A DNA stretch of 64,000 nt. Origin: Protoeuglena noctilucae (lineage: Eukaryota). A model generated the notes under the pieces. That model ran no database searches. It saw only the letters and a program-made list of their open reading frames with translations, and was not told the origin of the DNA. The DNA lies in NCBI GenBank assembly GCA_958009085.1, contig OY253671.1, forward strand, positions 930,001 to 994,000, written 5' to 3'. The translations under genes and the position numbers were made by a program. Each line of letters starts with the position of its first letter. Within the stretch, counting starts at the first letter, position 1. Of the stretch, positions 24,954 through 38,700 are shown in pieces.

Positions 24954-27944
24954 ATGGTAACTGTCGCAAGGGCTCCGCTTTCCGAGCCTCCGCGGAGTTC
25001 CGGTGTCGTTCCTGCGTTTTCCCGTGCTTTGTGCGTGCAAGACATGCCCACACTGCGCCCCGAGCCCCCCGTGCCCCGCAGGGCGCGCGACGTGGTCGCC
25101 GCTGCCGCAGCCATCCCGCCGGCCGCGCCCGTGGTGCCCCCGATCCCGAAGCGGAAGTACTCTGCAGGTGCGTCGAATAGCTAGCGATCTTTCGCATGAC
25201 TCCGAGGTCCAGGCTTCGCGCCCCGTAGGACGCGAGGTGCCGAGACAACCAGGCAGCGAGACCCACCCCCAGCTGACTTCCGGTCCGCGTTCGCAGTGAG
25301 CGCCGAGGAGCTCGTTTCCGAACTGCTATCGACTACAGAGGCGCAGGCCCGCAAGACGAAGATCGTCTGCACCCTGGGCCCTGCCACGGGTGCGGGGAGC
25401 TGGCCTGGCAAGACGTGCCTGTTGCCGCTGCAGCCATGCCGTGCGCCGTCAGTATCTCGCACCCTCCCCTCCCGCAGCGTCCGCCGAGGGCATCCAGATG
25501 CTCGCCAGCGCCGGCATGAACGTGGCTCGCCTCAACATGTCCCACGGGTGCGTTGCCCTCGCTGCCATGGCTGATCACGGCGTCAGCCCCAAGCGCGACT
25601 CGGGCCATGGCAGCGTCACCCTGCACTTGCCTCGTCTCTGCCGCAGCGACCACACCTGGCACCGCATGGTGATCGACCTCATCAAGGCGTACAACAAGGC
25701 GCACCCCGAGGACGTCATCGCTATCCTGCTGGACACCAAGGGCCCTGAGGTGCGGTCCGGGGACGTCAAGACCCCCCTGCAGCTCAGCGAGGGCGACAAG
25801 CTCACCTTCACCTGCCGGGTCGGGGCGGACGGGGACGGCAACATGGTGTCGGTCAACTACGACGACTTTGTGCACGACGTGGCCATCGGGGACGTCATCC
25901 TCGTCGATGGCGGCATCATGTCGTTCAGGGTCGACTCAAAGGTGACCGCAGGGGCCACTGGCTCGCTCAGGCCAAACGACCTCGCGTCGCTCCATGCCTG
26001 TGCCTCGCGTTGAGGTGGCTTGTGTTTGAACGGCACCCGAGCCTCTGCGCCTCGCTCGCAATGCCCGCAGACGGACGCCGACGTGCGGTGCACCGTGGTG
26101 GACGGAGGGGAGATGAAGTCGCGCCGGCACCTCAACATCCGCGGCAAGAGCGCCTCGCTCCCATCCATCACCGAAAAGGACTGGGACGACATTCGATTCG
26201 GCGTCGAGAACGACGTCGACTTCTTCGCCCTGAGGTGCGTGCGCACCCGCGCCCCGCCCCGATGCCCCACGCATGCCTTGCGGGCCAGGCTACGACATCA
26301 ACTCGCCCCCGCCCTCGGCCGCAGCTTCGTGAAGGACGGGGAGGTGGTCCGGAAGCTGAAGACGTGGCTGCGCGAGAACAACTCGAACGTGCAGGTCATC
26401 TCGAAGGTGGAGTCCGCTGACTCGGTGCAGAACCTGGAGGGCATCCTCGATGAGAGCGACGGGGCCATGGTGGCACGGGGGGACCTGGGGGCCGAGCTGC
26501 CGGTCGAGAAGGCGAGGACGGCGACGCGGGGCGGTCGCTTGCAAGCGCTGTCGTCAGCGGGATGCGGGTTGGTCGGGATGCGGTGCCTGGGTGCGGACGC
26601 GCTCGGCTGCCTCGCACGCAGGTGCCCTTCTGGCAGTCCCAGATCGTGCAGGGGTGCCGCAAGCGGGGCAAACCCGTGATCGTGGCGACCAACATGCTCG
26701 AGTCGATGATCACCAACCCCACCCCGACGCGGGCCGAGGTTTCTGACATCTCCATCGCCACGCGCGAGGGCGCCGATGCCGTGATGCTGTCGGGGGAGAC
26801 GGCGTACGGCAAGTTCCCGGCCAAGTCGGTGCAGGTGACGAGCGATACGCGAGGGCCCCGCGCGATGGCCGGCGATGGTGGCAACGTGACACGCGGGGAT
26901 GGGCACACCGATCAGTCCCCGTAGCATCAATCCGACCCGTTTGCATGGCCAGGCTGTCTTCGCCCATACCTCAAAGCCGGCGTTGGGGTTTCTCCCCGCA
27001 GGTCATGGGCACGGTCGCGAGCCGCACGGAGCGTGCCATGCGCGCCCAGGTGGGCACGCGCAGGTACGGCTCTGAGGAGGCCAAGCCGATCACGTGGATC
27101 CAGCAGCCGGAGGGGTCCACGCCGTCCATCTCGGAGATGTTCGCCTTCCACGCCACCACCATGGCCAACACCCTCAACTGCCCCATCCTGGTCTTCTCCC
27201 GCCACGGCAACATGCCCGCCCTCCTCTCACACTACAGGTGGGCACCAGAGCAATCCCAGGCCCGCTAAGGTTCTGCAAGTGCTCGGGGCAGGACCTCGAG
27301 GTCAGCACCACCTCCCGCCACTCGCTTGGCGCTGCGTTGGGCCCGCGCGTGTACGGACTGGCGATTGAACCGTGCCACCGCGCCCCTCGCTCCCCCAGGC
27401 CCAACAACTACATCTACTGCTTCACGGACAACCCCATGGTGCAGCGGCGCCTGGCCCTGTACCACGGCGTGCGGGCCAAGACGATTGTGATTGAGGACGA
27501 CGCAGACCGGGTCATCGACGCGGCGCTGGCCAAGCTGGTGGAGGGCGGACACGTCAAGCCGGGGACCCAGGCGAGTGGAGCAATGCGGTGTGACTGACAG
27601 TAGCTGCTGATGCACATGCCACTGCTGCCACTGCTGCCACTCTTGAGCTCCGCATCGACACTCATACAGCTCCGGAGCCCTGACCTGCCACTCTTAAGCC
27701 CGTCCATGCGCCATTCACATGCGCCCCCCGCTGCGTCGCGCCGTCGCAGATTGCGGTCGTGCGTGGTGGCCGCAAGCCCATCTGGCGCTCGAACGCGACG
27801 CACGCGATTCAGGTGCGCGTGGTGCCGGAGGTCAAGTCCACCAAGGTCGGTCTCAAGGTGCAGCCGGGGCCCAAGACGATCGAGGACCCCTCTCTCATGT
27901 TCACCTCGGTGGCTGGGTCCATCGACGCGGACAAGGACGAGTGA
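24954..27944 (+). CDS. PK: Pyruvate kinase, plastidic
   Basis: [84 protein letters not shown]. Transit-peptide-like N-terminus (alternative ATG 25044). GC donors at 26512 and 27571. Confidence 0.96.
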
Positions 27945-28174
27945 TGGACGAGAAAGGACTGTGCCAAAGCAGTGTAATGCCGGATGGCGTTAAGTCGATG
28001 CCCAAGCGGCCTGTGTTGATTGGCGGGAAGCAGCATGGCCGCCTCTGTTCAAAATCTGGCACACGGGACTGCCAGAGCTCCCATTGAACGATGTCTCATC
28101 GTACGGTCAGCAGGGCCGCGCTTGAGCCCCAGCGCAGCGGGACTCGTGCGCGTTAACAACACAACGAACGATGC

Positions 28175-30813
28175 TCATGCGTCTCCGGCCCCTTCCCCAT
28201 CCTTGCCCTCCTTCTTCTTGGCTCGTCGCTTGGCGTTCTTCGATGCGGCCTTGGACGCGGGCTCGGCGGGCGCGAACCCCACGGGGAGCGCCCGGCCGCC
28301 CTTGGGCTGGAACGCGGACCCTTTGGCCGCAGTGACCCTGGCCCCCTGGTCCTTTGTCGGGTCTGCGTCGGGCGCAGGAGCTGTGCAGAGAGACGTCAGT
28401 GAGGCAGCAGTGCAGGGAGAAGTGAGTGCTGGCAGCAGTGCAGGCTACACGAGGCGCAACGCAATACAACGAAGCGCCGCGCGGCACAGCCGGCACCCAC
28501 CGAAGCCGAGCGTGGGGATCGTAGTGGGACTGGCGCCCGGCACACCCGCGCCCTCCCGGCCGCGTAAGTGGGGGGGGATGTAGCCCTTGCCGGGACCCAC
28601 CGCGGGCGCCGGGGCGGGCGCGGGAGCGTCGGCGGCGGGTGCCGCCTTGGCGCGCTGCCCCGGGGGAGTGGCCGGGCGGTCGGGGAATGCCCCGGCCGGG
28701 CTAGGCCGCCACCGCGCCTCGTAGAGCACCGGCACGGGAACGTGCTGCAGCTCCTCTCCCGTGTACTTGATGATGCGGAACCCGTTGTCCACTCGCAGCC
28801 GCGGGGTCGTGATGGCCGTGAGCACGGCGCGCCCGCACGGCGACCAGTCGAGCGTGACGCTGGGGCACCGCGTCTCGCCCACGCGCTTGCACTTGCCGTC
28901 GGCCTTCTTGTCGTAGAAGAAGATGTCCCCGGGGAGGTTGCCGAAGCCCGCCATGGCCAGGAAGCGAGAGTGGGGGCTCCAGCGCACTGCGGGCAGGCCG
29001 CCGACGGTGGTGTTGCTGTGATGGCAAGCGCAGGTGGCAGAGTGGCGGTTGTTCATGGGAGCAAAGCGACCAAGCACAGGAAGGGCTCTTATTGCAGCAA
29101 GGGAGCGTGCGCTGCCCGCGTGCACTCGCCCAGGTTGACTGGCAGTGTCCCAAAGTCGAAGATGGGCTTGCACTTGTAGTCGAAGAGGATCGCCTTGGCC
29201 GGCATGAAGCCGTGGATGACGACGAAGTACTCCCCGTTCGGCGCCCACGCCACGTCGTAAACCGGGCCCTCCTTGGCCAGCGGCACGGGGCCGTCATTCG
29301 CCCCGTCCAGAGACATGAAGTACACGTTCTGCTTGCCGTAATACGACTGGTTGCTCTTGTCCACGTCCTGTGCCGCCATCAGCACCAGCGACGTGCCGCG
29401 GCTGTTCTGCGGGCAACACATCGTGCGGGGGGCTTGCGCGACTGCTGGGGGCGGACGGCACACGCAGCGCTGCTACGCATGACCCCCCTCGCACCCAATG
29501 GAAATTCATGTTCTGAGCGCCCATGAGCGACCGAGAGGACATGGCCTGCGGGGGATCCCGAGAGTCCACGCCCGCATCCGGCAGCCGAGCCACGTCGTAG
29601 AGCGCCGCCCGCCCGGGGTTGCCCTTCTTCTCGGGCACTGCGACGGAGGGCTCATGTGGCAGATGCAGCAACGGCGCATGCCCAGTGGATGCTCCTGCAT
29701 GGCGCCGCAGCCGGGTGGCTCACCAAAGGCCGCGATGTGGGCCCCCGTCGGCGCTAGGCCGCTCCCCGCCAGCCCCTGGAGCGGCAGCTTCTTGGAGAGT
29801 GTGAACTGGGTGCCCTGCACCGCGTAGATGTTTACGAGATTGGCGACGGCGTGCGCCGCGACGGTCTCACTGTGGAATGGTGGGGAAGGGGACGGGGAGG
29901 GTCATGCATGGGTACGAAGAGCGAGGGCGGTCCGCGTGAACAACACAGCTGCTCACAGCCCGCAATGCACCTGTCAGAGAACTGCATCGCTGGCCACGCG
30001 TCCTTGGACGCCGTCTTCTGAGACAGCTCCAGGACGGGGGACTTGCTGGCGAGCGCCCGCACGGTGAGGTTGCGGTCGCTGCTACCCTCCTTGGCCTTGC
30101 GCCACGTGGTGAGGAAGGTGGAGCGGGGCGACAGAGAGAGGAGGGCGACGTCAGGGACGTCGATCTCGTACAGCTGCGGGGGAGATTGGTGGGCACCAGG
30201 TTGGGTGGGCACGGAGTGGCTGCGTGGCAGTGCTCTCTGAAGCCTGACGCTGCGCCGCTGGTCTCACAAGCGTCTCCGACTCCGCCGCATACACAGTGAC
30301 GACTTCCCGGCCCGCTACGGCCAGCAGGGAGCCGTCTTGAGAGAAGCAGAACGGCCCATCGGCCGCCTGGAACCCTGCGAGGGCGCACAGCCATCAAACA
30401 CATTCAGCGATGATGGAAAGGCCGAGAGAGCAAAACGAAGGAGCTAGGTGCCTCGCGTCCTCACCCGTCGGCGCAGTCTTCTGCTCAAACGGGCTCCTCC
30501 CGCTGTACAGCGCCGTGTCCCCGTCCTGCCGCACTGCGTGCACATCTCGAGCCGATTGTCCCCCGGATGGAGCCCATTTCCAGCAACAATAACAATTGAA
30601 TCCACAGCGCGCCTGATGAGTGTACCACTCATCGGGCAGGCAGGGTGCAGGAAGAAGCAGGCGGCACTGATCTGACGCGATTGCTTGCGTGGGTCTCCGC
30701 GCGGGAGCGACTCTCCGGCTCCACACCTTCATCGCACAACGCGCCTCGCACCGCGGCAAAGCGAATGGGCGCCGCTTACCCAAGATCTTGCACACGGGCT
30801 GCGGCGCCGCCAT
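28175..30813 (-). CDS. EIF2A: Eukaryotic translation initiation factor 2A (beta-propeller)
   Basis: DVDKSNQSYYGKQ, GPVYDVAWAPNG, HGFMPAKA, AGFGNLPGDI, TTPRLRVDNG, YIPPHLR. The N-terminal exon boundaries are approximate. Confidence 0.93.
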
Positions 30814-31173
30814 CCCGCGCCTAAAACCGGACTCCCGCGCGAGGGACTCTCGCAGGCTCTTCCCAAGGTCTCTGTTGGGCTCGCGGAGGGAATGACAGCG
30901 CGCAGGCGGGCTTAAGAACCTCAAATGAAGCGGCGGTGTGCGTGACCTGCTCTGAGAGCGTGGAACTCGTCACCAAGTGGTTCGCGGCCGCTTCAATGTG
31001 GCTAACGCATGCTGGACTGGCGAGCAGGGAGCGATAGCCAGCGCTCCTGCCCAGCGCACGCGCCGACCGTGCTGCACGATTCGGGCGCCGACAAGGAAAG
31101 GGACCGCGGGTGCTAAATCGATCGGCCCCAGGCAAGAGAGAGTCGCACCCCAGCTTTCCTACCGGACCGCCCT

Positions 31174-33186
31174 TCACAGGGGCTTCTCGCAGATGATGAG
31201 CTGCATGGGCGAGAAGATGCCCGTCTCCCCGCCGCGCACGAGCCAGTAGGCGACGTTGACGAGCATGTCGTGGGCCTCCTTGACGCCCGGGCCGAGGATC
31301 CGCAGGCTCGTGAGGCTGTTAACGATGGTGGCGTTGATGAAGTGCTGGACGCGGTTCACGGCCAGGCGCGCCGTCCAGCGCGTGCAGGGGGGCGTGCCCG
31401 CCGTCGCCATGTCGACGGAGAGGACGACCTTGAAGCCCACGTTCTTGGCGGCCTGCTCGGCCTGGCGCCGCGTGCGCATGTCGGGCAGGCCGTTGCCGCG
31501 GTTGATCTCGTCGATGATCTTGACGTGCTCCTCGTTGGTCGCGTCGTAGAGGTCCGTCGCCACCCACTCGTACGTCACGAACCGACGCCCCTTCTTCAGC
31601 ACGCGGAAGATCTCGCCGTACACGTCCTCCAGGCGCTGGGCGTGGCACGTGGCCTCAATGGCGTACGCCGCGTCGAACGACTGCGCGGAGCGACGAGGAG
31701 ATCTATCATTGCCTCGGCTCGGCAAGAGAGCGGAGAGGCAGTGGCGGCCGCCGGGGGCCAAAGCACGGCCCGGGCACTCGCCTCGTCGGGGAAGGGCATG
31801 TTGAGGAAGTTGCCCTGGACGACATCGGTGATCTTCTCCACGCCCACGGCCGCGTTGTGCTTCTTGGCGCGCTCCACCTGGTAGTTGTTGATGGTGATGC
31901 CCGTCACCTTGGCCCCCGTCCTCGACGCGATACGCCGCATGGGCCCGCCCACGCCGCAGCCGCTGTCCAGCACGCTCTCCCCCGGCATCACTTGCAGGCA
32001 CGCCGCCAGGTGCACCTCGTGCGCCACCTCGCTCGTGTGGTCGTCCTGCCCCACCAGCCTGCAGGGAGCGCGGGTCGGAGGCCTGATCAGATGGCGCCGG
32101 CCAGCCAGGGCGCGAACCCGCTGCTGTCGGCGCGCTGCGTTCTGCCGCACGACGCACCTCGGCGCGAAGTGGAAGGACTGGCCCCAACCCCACTCGTAGA
32201 TGTCCGTCACCAGGGAGTAGAAGGTGTCAACCAGGCCGGGCGTCTCGTCCTTGGCAATGATCCCCTGCGACGATGCTGCCAAAGGCCGTCGTTGGTCGGC
32301 GAACTATGGGGCCGATGGATCTTCAACGGGCATGCGAGTGAGTGCAGGATCTGTATCGCACGGCGTGCCGCACCTCGCTGACCTCCCCGTACGAGCTCAT
32401 GTACTTGGCGAACTCCTTGCCGGCGTCCTCGCCCTTGTAGCTGCCGCCGGACAGGCCGAACGACGATGGCGCGCCCTTCCTGCGGTGGCAAGTCGCTGCG
32501 ATGCTCGCGGCATCTGCAACGCCCCCCTGGATCCCAGGACCCGGCGACCGGCGCGCAGGCGAGCCAGCCCATCCTTTCCGCTCGCAACCGGCCAGGGGAC
32601 GTGGCCAGAAACGGCCGCAGCCGCCGACCCAAATCTCGAGCGCTTGTGGTCCCGGAAACGGCCTGGCCGTAGCGGCGCGATGCGCCCCCCCGGCCCCAGG
32701 AAGACGGCGCGCCACGCTTGGTACCCATCGCCGCTGACGGGAGTCTCGCCAAACAGCCATGCTGTCCTCTCCCGGACGAAAACTCCGTGGGGCCCCCCCG
32801 ACAGAGCAGCTGACGCATCCAGCGGCGCTGGGGATCCCTCACCTCGTCCCCACGAAATAACGCGCGAGCTGGATGGTGACGGCCGTCCCGGCCACCCCCG
32901 CGGTCACGAACCCGATGCGTTCCAACTGCCCGGCCTTCGACCACCGATCCTGCGGCCACGGCAGCGGCCCCGCGTAATAACATACCTTAAAGGCGTCCGC
33001 GGGTCCCCAGAGCATCCGCGCCAGCGTGCGGGGAGTCGTGGGCATCACTAAAGCTCGCCGCTCTCCCCCGATCCCGCGGTGATTCCGGCTCGGAGATCGC
33101 CACAGGTGGCGGGAGGCGGTCCTCACCTGCAGGTCCGCCACCTTGTCCATGATGACGTCCCGGACGCGCTCATAGGTGCTCGCCAT
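31174..33186 (-). CDS. SMT: Sterol 24-C-methyltransferase (ERG6/SMT family)
   Basis: FYSLVTDIYEWGWGQSFHFAP, LDSGCGVGGPMR, ITINNYQV, YAIEATCHA, YEWV, GNGLPD, GGETGIFSPM. GC donor at 31781. Confidence 0.95.
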
Positions 33187-33456
33187 GGTGGGCCCCCCGT
33201 CGATGGCACCTACCCCTAGGTGAGAACAGGATATTTATACGGTGCGGATGCGACGAGTCACACGCACGGCACAGTGACTGTCTGCGCGCGATCGCGCTGG
33301 GAGTGGCAATCGGTGCATGAAGAGTCTGGCGTGGCGTCGATCGCCAGCCAAGCAAGTTCTTGGGGCGACCCTGCGGCCAGACTGTGCTCCACTCCACTGC
33401 GGGGTCGTTGACGGTTCGAAGACGCCATCTGCGGCGGGCATCGTAGCGGAAACCAC

Positions 33457-35527
33457 ATGGCGGCCCCACCGTTCCTGCCGGGTTGCCTGCCCCGCAAGCG
33501 GATGCTGGTTATCGGCGAAAAGGGCGACGAGGTCCGCGAGACTGCCTCAGACGACGCATTCGAGCTCTATCTTCTGGGTGAGGGGGCGTGCATCGGTGGA
33601 ACGAGGGCAGGCGCGCGCGGGGCCCGTTCATGGGCTGAACACCCAAACCTGTGTGCCCATGCAGCCAATCCCAAGGCGGCGGAGCGCGAGGAGAAGCGCG
33701 GGCGTCCCCGCAAGGATGATGCGGGCCTGCACGTGTCGCGGGAGAGCGAGGGAGAGGAGGGCAGGGACGGGAAGGGCAAGGATGGCCGGACCGTGCAGGC
33801 GGAGCGCATCGGCCGCGTCCTCCGCGAGCTCTACGCTGCCAATCTCCACCTCGATACGATCCGGCACGTGATATGGCGTGTCCTGGGCCCAGATCTGCCC
33901 AACTCGCCGCTGGCGGACCGGAGGTGGGGCGCGAGGGAAGGCAAAAACGATATGATCCCATGCCCGAGGGTCCGACGACGTGGTATGACAGACATCATAT
34001 CGACTGCATCGCGCGCAGGGACCTCGGCGTCGTGGGTGTCGTCGAGCCCCCGCTCCTGGCGGAGGATGCGGGGGTCCAGGCCCTGGCGGCCGTGGTGCAG
34101 AGGCACAGGACCACGCTGCTCGACTGCTCGGCGCGCCTGAGGTGACGGGCATTGGCTCAGGGCCGAGTGAGATCGCACGGCAGCTCTCACGCGCTCCCTT
34201 GCCATGCAAACGCCGGGCGCCCCTCGCTGCGATGCAGGGACACGCACGCACGCGTCGGGCGGGAGCTGCGCCGGGACGTGCATTTCATGGAGCAGGTGGC
34301 GGAGCTGCGGAAGCGGTGGGATGTGCGACTGCGGGCGGGTGGGCAGCAGCTGTACGTCCGGCTTGGGTTCGGGCCCACGCCGCCCATGCTGGGCATCGTC
34401 CCCACGGTGTCCTTGCTCATGGGCCCCTCTGGCAACATCCACCTCTCCCCCGCCGAGACGCTCATGCGGCCGCCCTTTGTCGAGACCGCTGCGGGAGAGA
34501 GACATGTGAGTTTTGCCCAGGCCACGATTCTCTGGGTGCCTTGATCCGGGCATTGAAGCCCTGCCGACCTCTCCGAGTGCGGTCGCCCATCGCCGCCTCG
34601 CCTTGTCTTTCGCCGCCGCAGAGGGACGGGCACGGGGGTGGCTGGCGCGTCCCAGGCAGTGTGCCGGCCTTTGTGGCGAAGGAGGGACGCCCCAGGGAGT
34701 GCGCGAATGCTGCAGAGGCCAGCGACGCACTGCGCCAGATTCAGAACGGGCTCGTGCTGGGCATGCTGGCGGATCGGGTGCTGCGGGAGGACGCCGCGGG
34801 CGTCGGCCAGCTGGGAGCGGAGAGGGCGTTCTGGGAGCCCCAGCCGGGAGATGGAGATGAGTCGGACGAAGAGGGGCGGGAGAGTGCAGGGATAGGAGCC
34901 TTTGGCAGCGCAGGCCGGAGCGCGGGTGCGCGACATGGATGGAGGGCATCCGGGGAACGGACTGCGGCCGCGAATGCGGTGACGGGGGCGGCGGTCCTGG
35001 AGGCCATGAGCCTGCCCGCCCTGCACGTGCGGGTGGGGCTGGACGCCACCGCGCAGGGCAAAGCCGAGTCGGTCACCAGCACAGCGTTCGAGTCGTCAGG
35101 GGAGCGGGCGGCGATCGCGCGGTGGCTGGACGGGGTTAGCAGGGACCCTGCGAAGCGCGCGTGGCTGCGTGCCGAGGGCATCCGTGCGCTGGTGGCCTTC
35201 GTCGCGCACGAGACGGACGCAGGGGTGCTGGCGGCCCGGCTGCAGCGGCAGGTGCTGGCGGCGTCGGCCTCGGCCATGCCGGGTCAGAGGCGCGGGATGG
35301 CGCCGCCAGCATCCCCGCAGCCGTCGCGTGGGTCGGCGCAGACCGCGGCGCGGGTGCGGGGGCTTCGGGACAAAGAGGGTCTCCCCGCCTTCCTGATGCA
35401 AGTCGTGGACGTCCCGGCAGCCCCGGTATCGGACCCGACGGGCAGGGCGGGGCAGGTGTCCGTGCTGGGAGTTCTCCGCTGCAAGCTTGCATCTGCAGCA
35501 TGCGCTTTCGTGGCGACGGACGTGTGA
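33457..35527 (+). CDS. Mediator subunit 17-like protein (tentative)
   Basis: N-terminal LPRKRMLVIGEKGDE and internal FMEQVAELRKRWDVR resemble plant MED17 motifs as I recall them. The exons splice with GT-AG sites. The family call needs a search to confirm. Confidence 0.5.
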
Positions 35528-35710
35528 GGTGGCAGGTCCTGTCAACGGTGAGACGGTCGGTCTCGTCAAATGCGGCCCTCCTTTACTCATCCGCATCACC
35601 GTGTCGTCTGATCATGATAAAACACTCGCGCTAGGAGTCTGCGCGAGGTAGTATCGACCGTTCGGAGCCCGCGCGAGTTCCGACACCGGAACTTCCACCG
35701 GAGGCGGGCC

Positions 35711-38700
35711 ATGTGGCGCGTCCTCCTCGGTCCATTTGCGTGCCTAGCGCTCGTATCGGTCGTACGCGCCTCGGCCGATGCGCCTGACCCCGTCGTCATC
35801 AACGAGGTGGACTGGGAGAAGGACTCCATTGAGCTCCTGAACACGTCCAACACCCAGGTTCGCGGCTGCCTCTGCTCACAGGTGCGCCCCCGCGCATCCT
35901 GCCTTGCTTCCCATGTCTCACACGCACCGCGCCTGCCGTTGCGAGCAGGTGTCGCTCAAGGGCTGGTCGGTATGCGACACGAGGCCCGCCCACGCGACCG
36001 CAATCGGCCTTGGGAAGTGCACCGCGCAAGCTACCATCCCCCCACACGGCTTCCTCGTCCTTGAGCGGGGCAAGCCCTGCGGCTTCACCTTCGGTAAGGA
36101 CCATGGGCACAGCACGTTCCCCACGCTCTGCGACCCCCTCCACACACGCTTGCTGGCCTGTTCCTGTGGTGTGCAAGTCGCTTTTTGGTGTGATGCCGCA
36201 GCAGTTAAGACGTCATTTCATGGTCTCGGCACCCACCCCGCCGCGCCCGCAGGCCTGGGGAGCAAGGACGAGGTCGTGCTCCGTGATGCGCACGGCCGCG
36301 TCGTGGACCGAGTCCACTGGGACCTCAAGCTGCCGCCGAACGAGTCGTTCGGCCGCGTCCCGGACGGGACGGGGGCATTCAAGCCCACGACGCCCACCAT
36401 GGGAGCCCCGAACAAGGCCGCGAGCGCCGCGGTGCGCAAGCTGTCGGCGAAGCTTGTGGACGGGGCGTCGGCGATTGGAGCGGCAGTGTCCGAAGCGCCA
36501 GAGCCCCAGCCGTCCCTGGCCCCGGCGGGCCCCGCTCCTGCCGCCCCGGACGCCTTGGCTGCCCCGGACGCCAAGCCACCTAAGGCACCGAAACCATCGA
36601 TGGAGGACAAGGACGGCGAGTGCTGCAAGGTATGCGGGTTTAGCAACAACTGCATCCTCGCCCTTGCCGCGCTCGTGCTTCCTTCCGCGTGACGTCGACG
36701 CTGCTGCCCTGCCCTCGTTGCACCACTACCCACTGCCTCGCTGCGCCACCGCAGCTGCTGGCGTCCGTGGGGTGGACTGTGGACTTGCCGGTCGTCGTCA
36801 TTGCCCTGGATGGCCTCGAGGACGTCCCGGAGGCGCCCAAGGCCCACGCGCAGATGTGCACGTGCATCGGCAAGGGCAACATCCCGGAAGCCAAGGACTA
36901 CTACGGCTGGACCGGCATCTCGCGCCGAGGCAGCTCCTCTCAGGCGAGCACCGCAGGGACGTCATGCCCTGTTGCGCACTGTGCGGATGCATCGTCAGCT
37001 GTGGTGCGTGCGAGCATGGGGAGCTGGTCTGTCCAGTCATTTACCTGGCGCCCCAGTGCCCCTCCCGCAGCGCATCAATCTGAAGAAGAGCTTCGCACTG
37101 AAGTTGGAGACCAACACCACCAAGGCTTCCACGGCCACCCCGGGTCCCCACCCAGAGTACGAGTCGGTGAGCATACGTGAACCACACCCATCCCGCGCGC
37201 AGTGACCTGATGATATCAGATCGAGGGATTCTTACCGCAGCAGCCGGGCTCACCCTCCCAGGCCCAGCTATCCTAGAAACTTCTGTCGGGTCTTTGACGA
37301 AGCGTGACCGTGTCGCGTGGTTGTCGGCTGCAGGTGGACTTCCCGATGCTGGGCATGCCCACCGAGAAGCACTGGGCCCTGTACGGCCCTGAGCTTGACA
37401 AGAGGCGAGTGCCGCGTTGTGGGGCGGCGCAGGGGGTTGTGCTGATGGGGCTGGGACGCTCTGGCTGACCCAATAGCTGGCCGACAGGGGTGTGGTGCTC
37501 ACGGTGTCTGCGCCGTACCTGCACATGTAGCATATGGCATACTGACCCCTGTTTGCCACCCTCGCCGCCCGCAGCCTGGGCCTGCGCAACTACATGGCGT
37601 ACTGGGCGGGCCGGCAGACCGGGGAGTGGGCGCCGAGGACGGAGTTCGTCGAGGTGTTTGTGGTCCGCGGCGCCAACCGCACCATCTCGCAGCTGGACAT
37701 CGGGAAGGACTACGAGGGCATCTACCTGTTCCTGGAGCTGGTTGAGCGGGGCAAGCACCGAGTGGACGTGGCACCTCTGGACCCGGCCAAGGACCTCTCG
37801 GGCGGCTACATCTTCAAGTGAGGGGTGGTGGGTGGGTGTGAGAGTGAGCTGTGGCTGCGTGTGCAAGGGAGGGTGTGTGGGTGGGTGGGTGGATCAGTGC
37901 CAGGGATAGGGGTAGTGCACTGGCTAGGCCCACGTCTCAGTTCCAGTTGGCTTGATGCCGGTGTCGCGACGTCACCGCATGCCGGCACCTGACGTCGCCG
38001 GGTATTGTATCGAACCAAAACCCCATCTGCCTTTCCCGTCGCAGGTACGACAACGACAACATCTCTCCCGGCGACGTGACGTTCCAGCCCATGGAGATCG
38101 GGCTCACCTTCATCTTCAAGTACCCGAAGAGTCCCGTGGCGCAGGCCATCGCGTGGCTCAAGAACTACATCAACGAGCTGGAGGACGCCATGCTGGCCAA
38201 GACCTTCGCCGACCCGCAGCAGGGGTTCCGCAAGTACATCGACGTGCCCTCCTTCATCAACTACTTCCTCGTCGTCGAGTGGACCAAGAGCCCCGACGGT
38301 GAGGCTTGTTAGGGGTGGCGCACATGTCTTGCGCTGAGCTTGTGACTTTTGTCTGATCTGTCTACGATGGGCACGTGATCAAATCGACAAGAGCCGCACG
38401 AGCGCTTGCTGGCATGCTCGGCGCATGTGTCACGTCATCCCAATGGGTGACCCTCTGCACACGCGCAGGGTACCGCGACAGCACGTACATGCACAAGGAC
38501 GTGGGCGGCAAGCTCCACATGGGCCCCCTGTGGGATTTCAACGAGGCATTCGGCGAGTGCTGCGGATACCCTATCGAGGGCTTCCAGGATGCGGGTCAGT
38601 CGGGTCCGGGTACCTCAGGAGGGTCGGCCATCTCCACGTACGGCTGGCGCTTCAACATCTGCGTGGACCCTGGCAGGTGCAAAGCCGACCCCACTGACGG

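Noticed and set aside
37819..37900. GT/G-rich tract (possible G-quadruplex or telomere-like repeat)
   Set aside because: Irregular low-complexity intronic sequence, not a TTTAGGG-type repeat.
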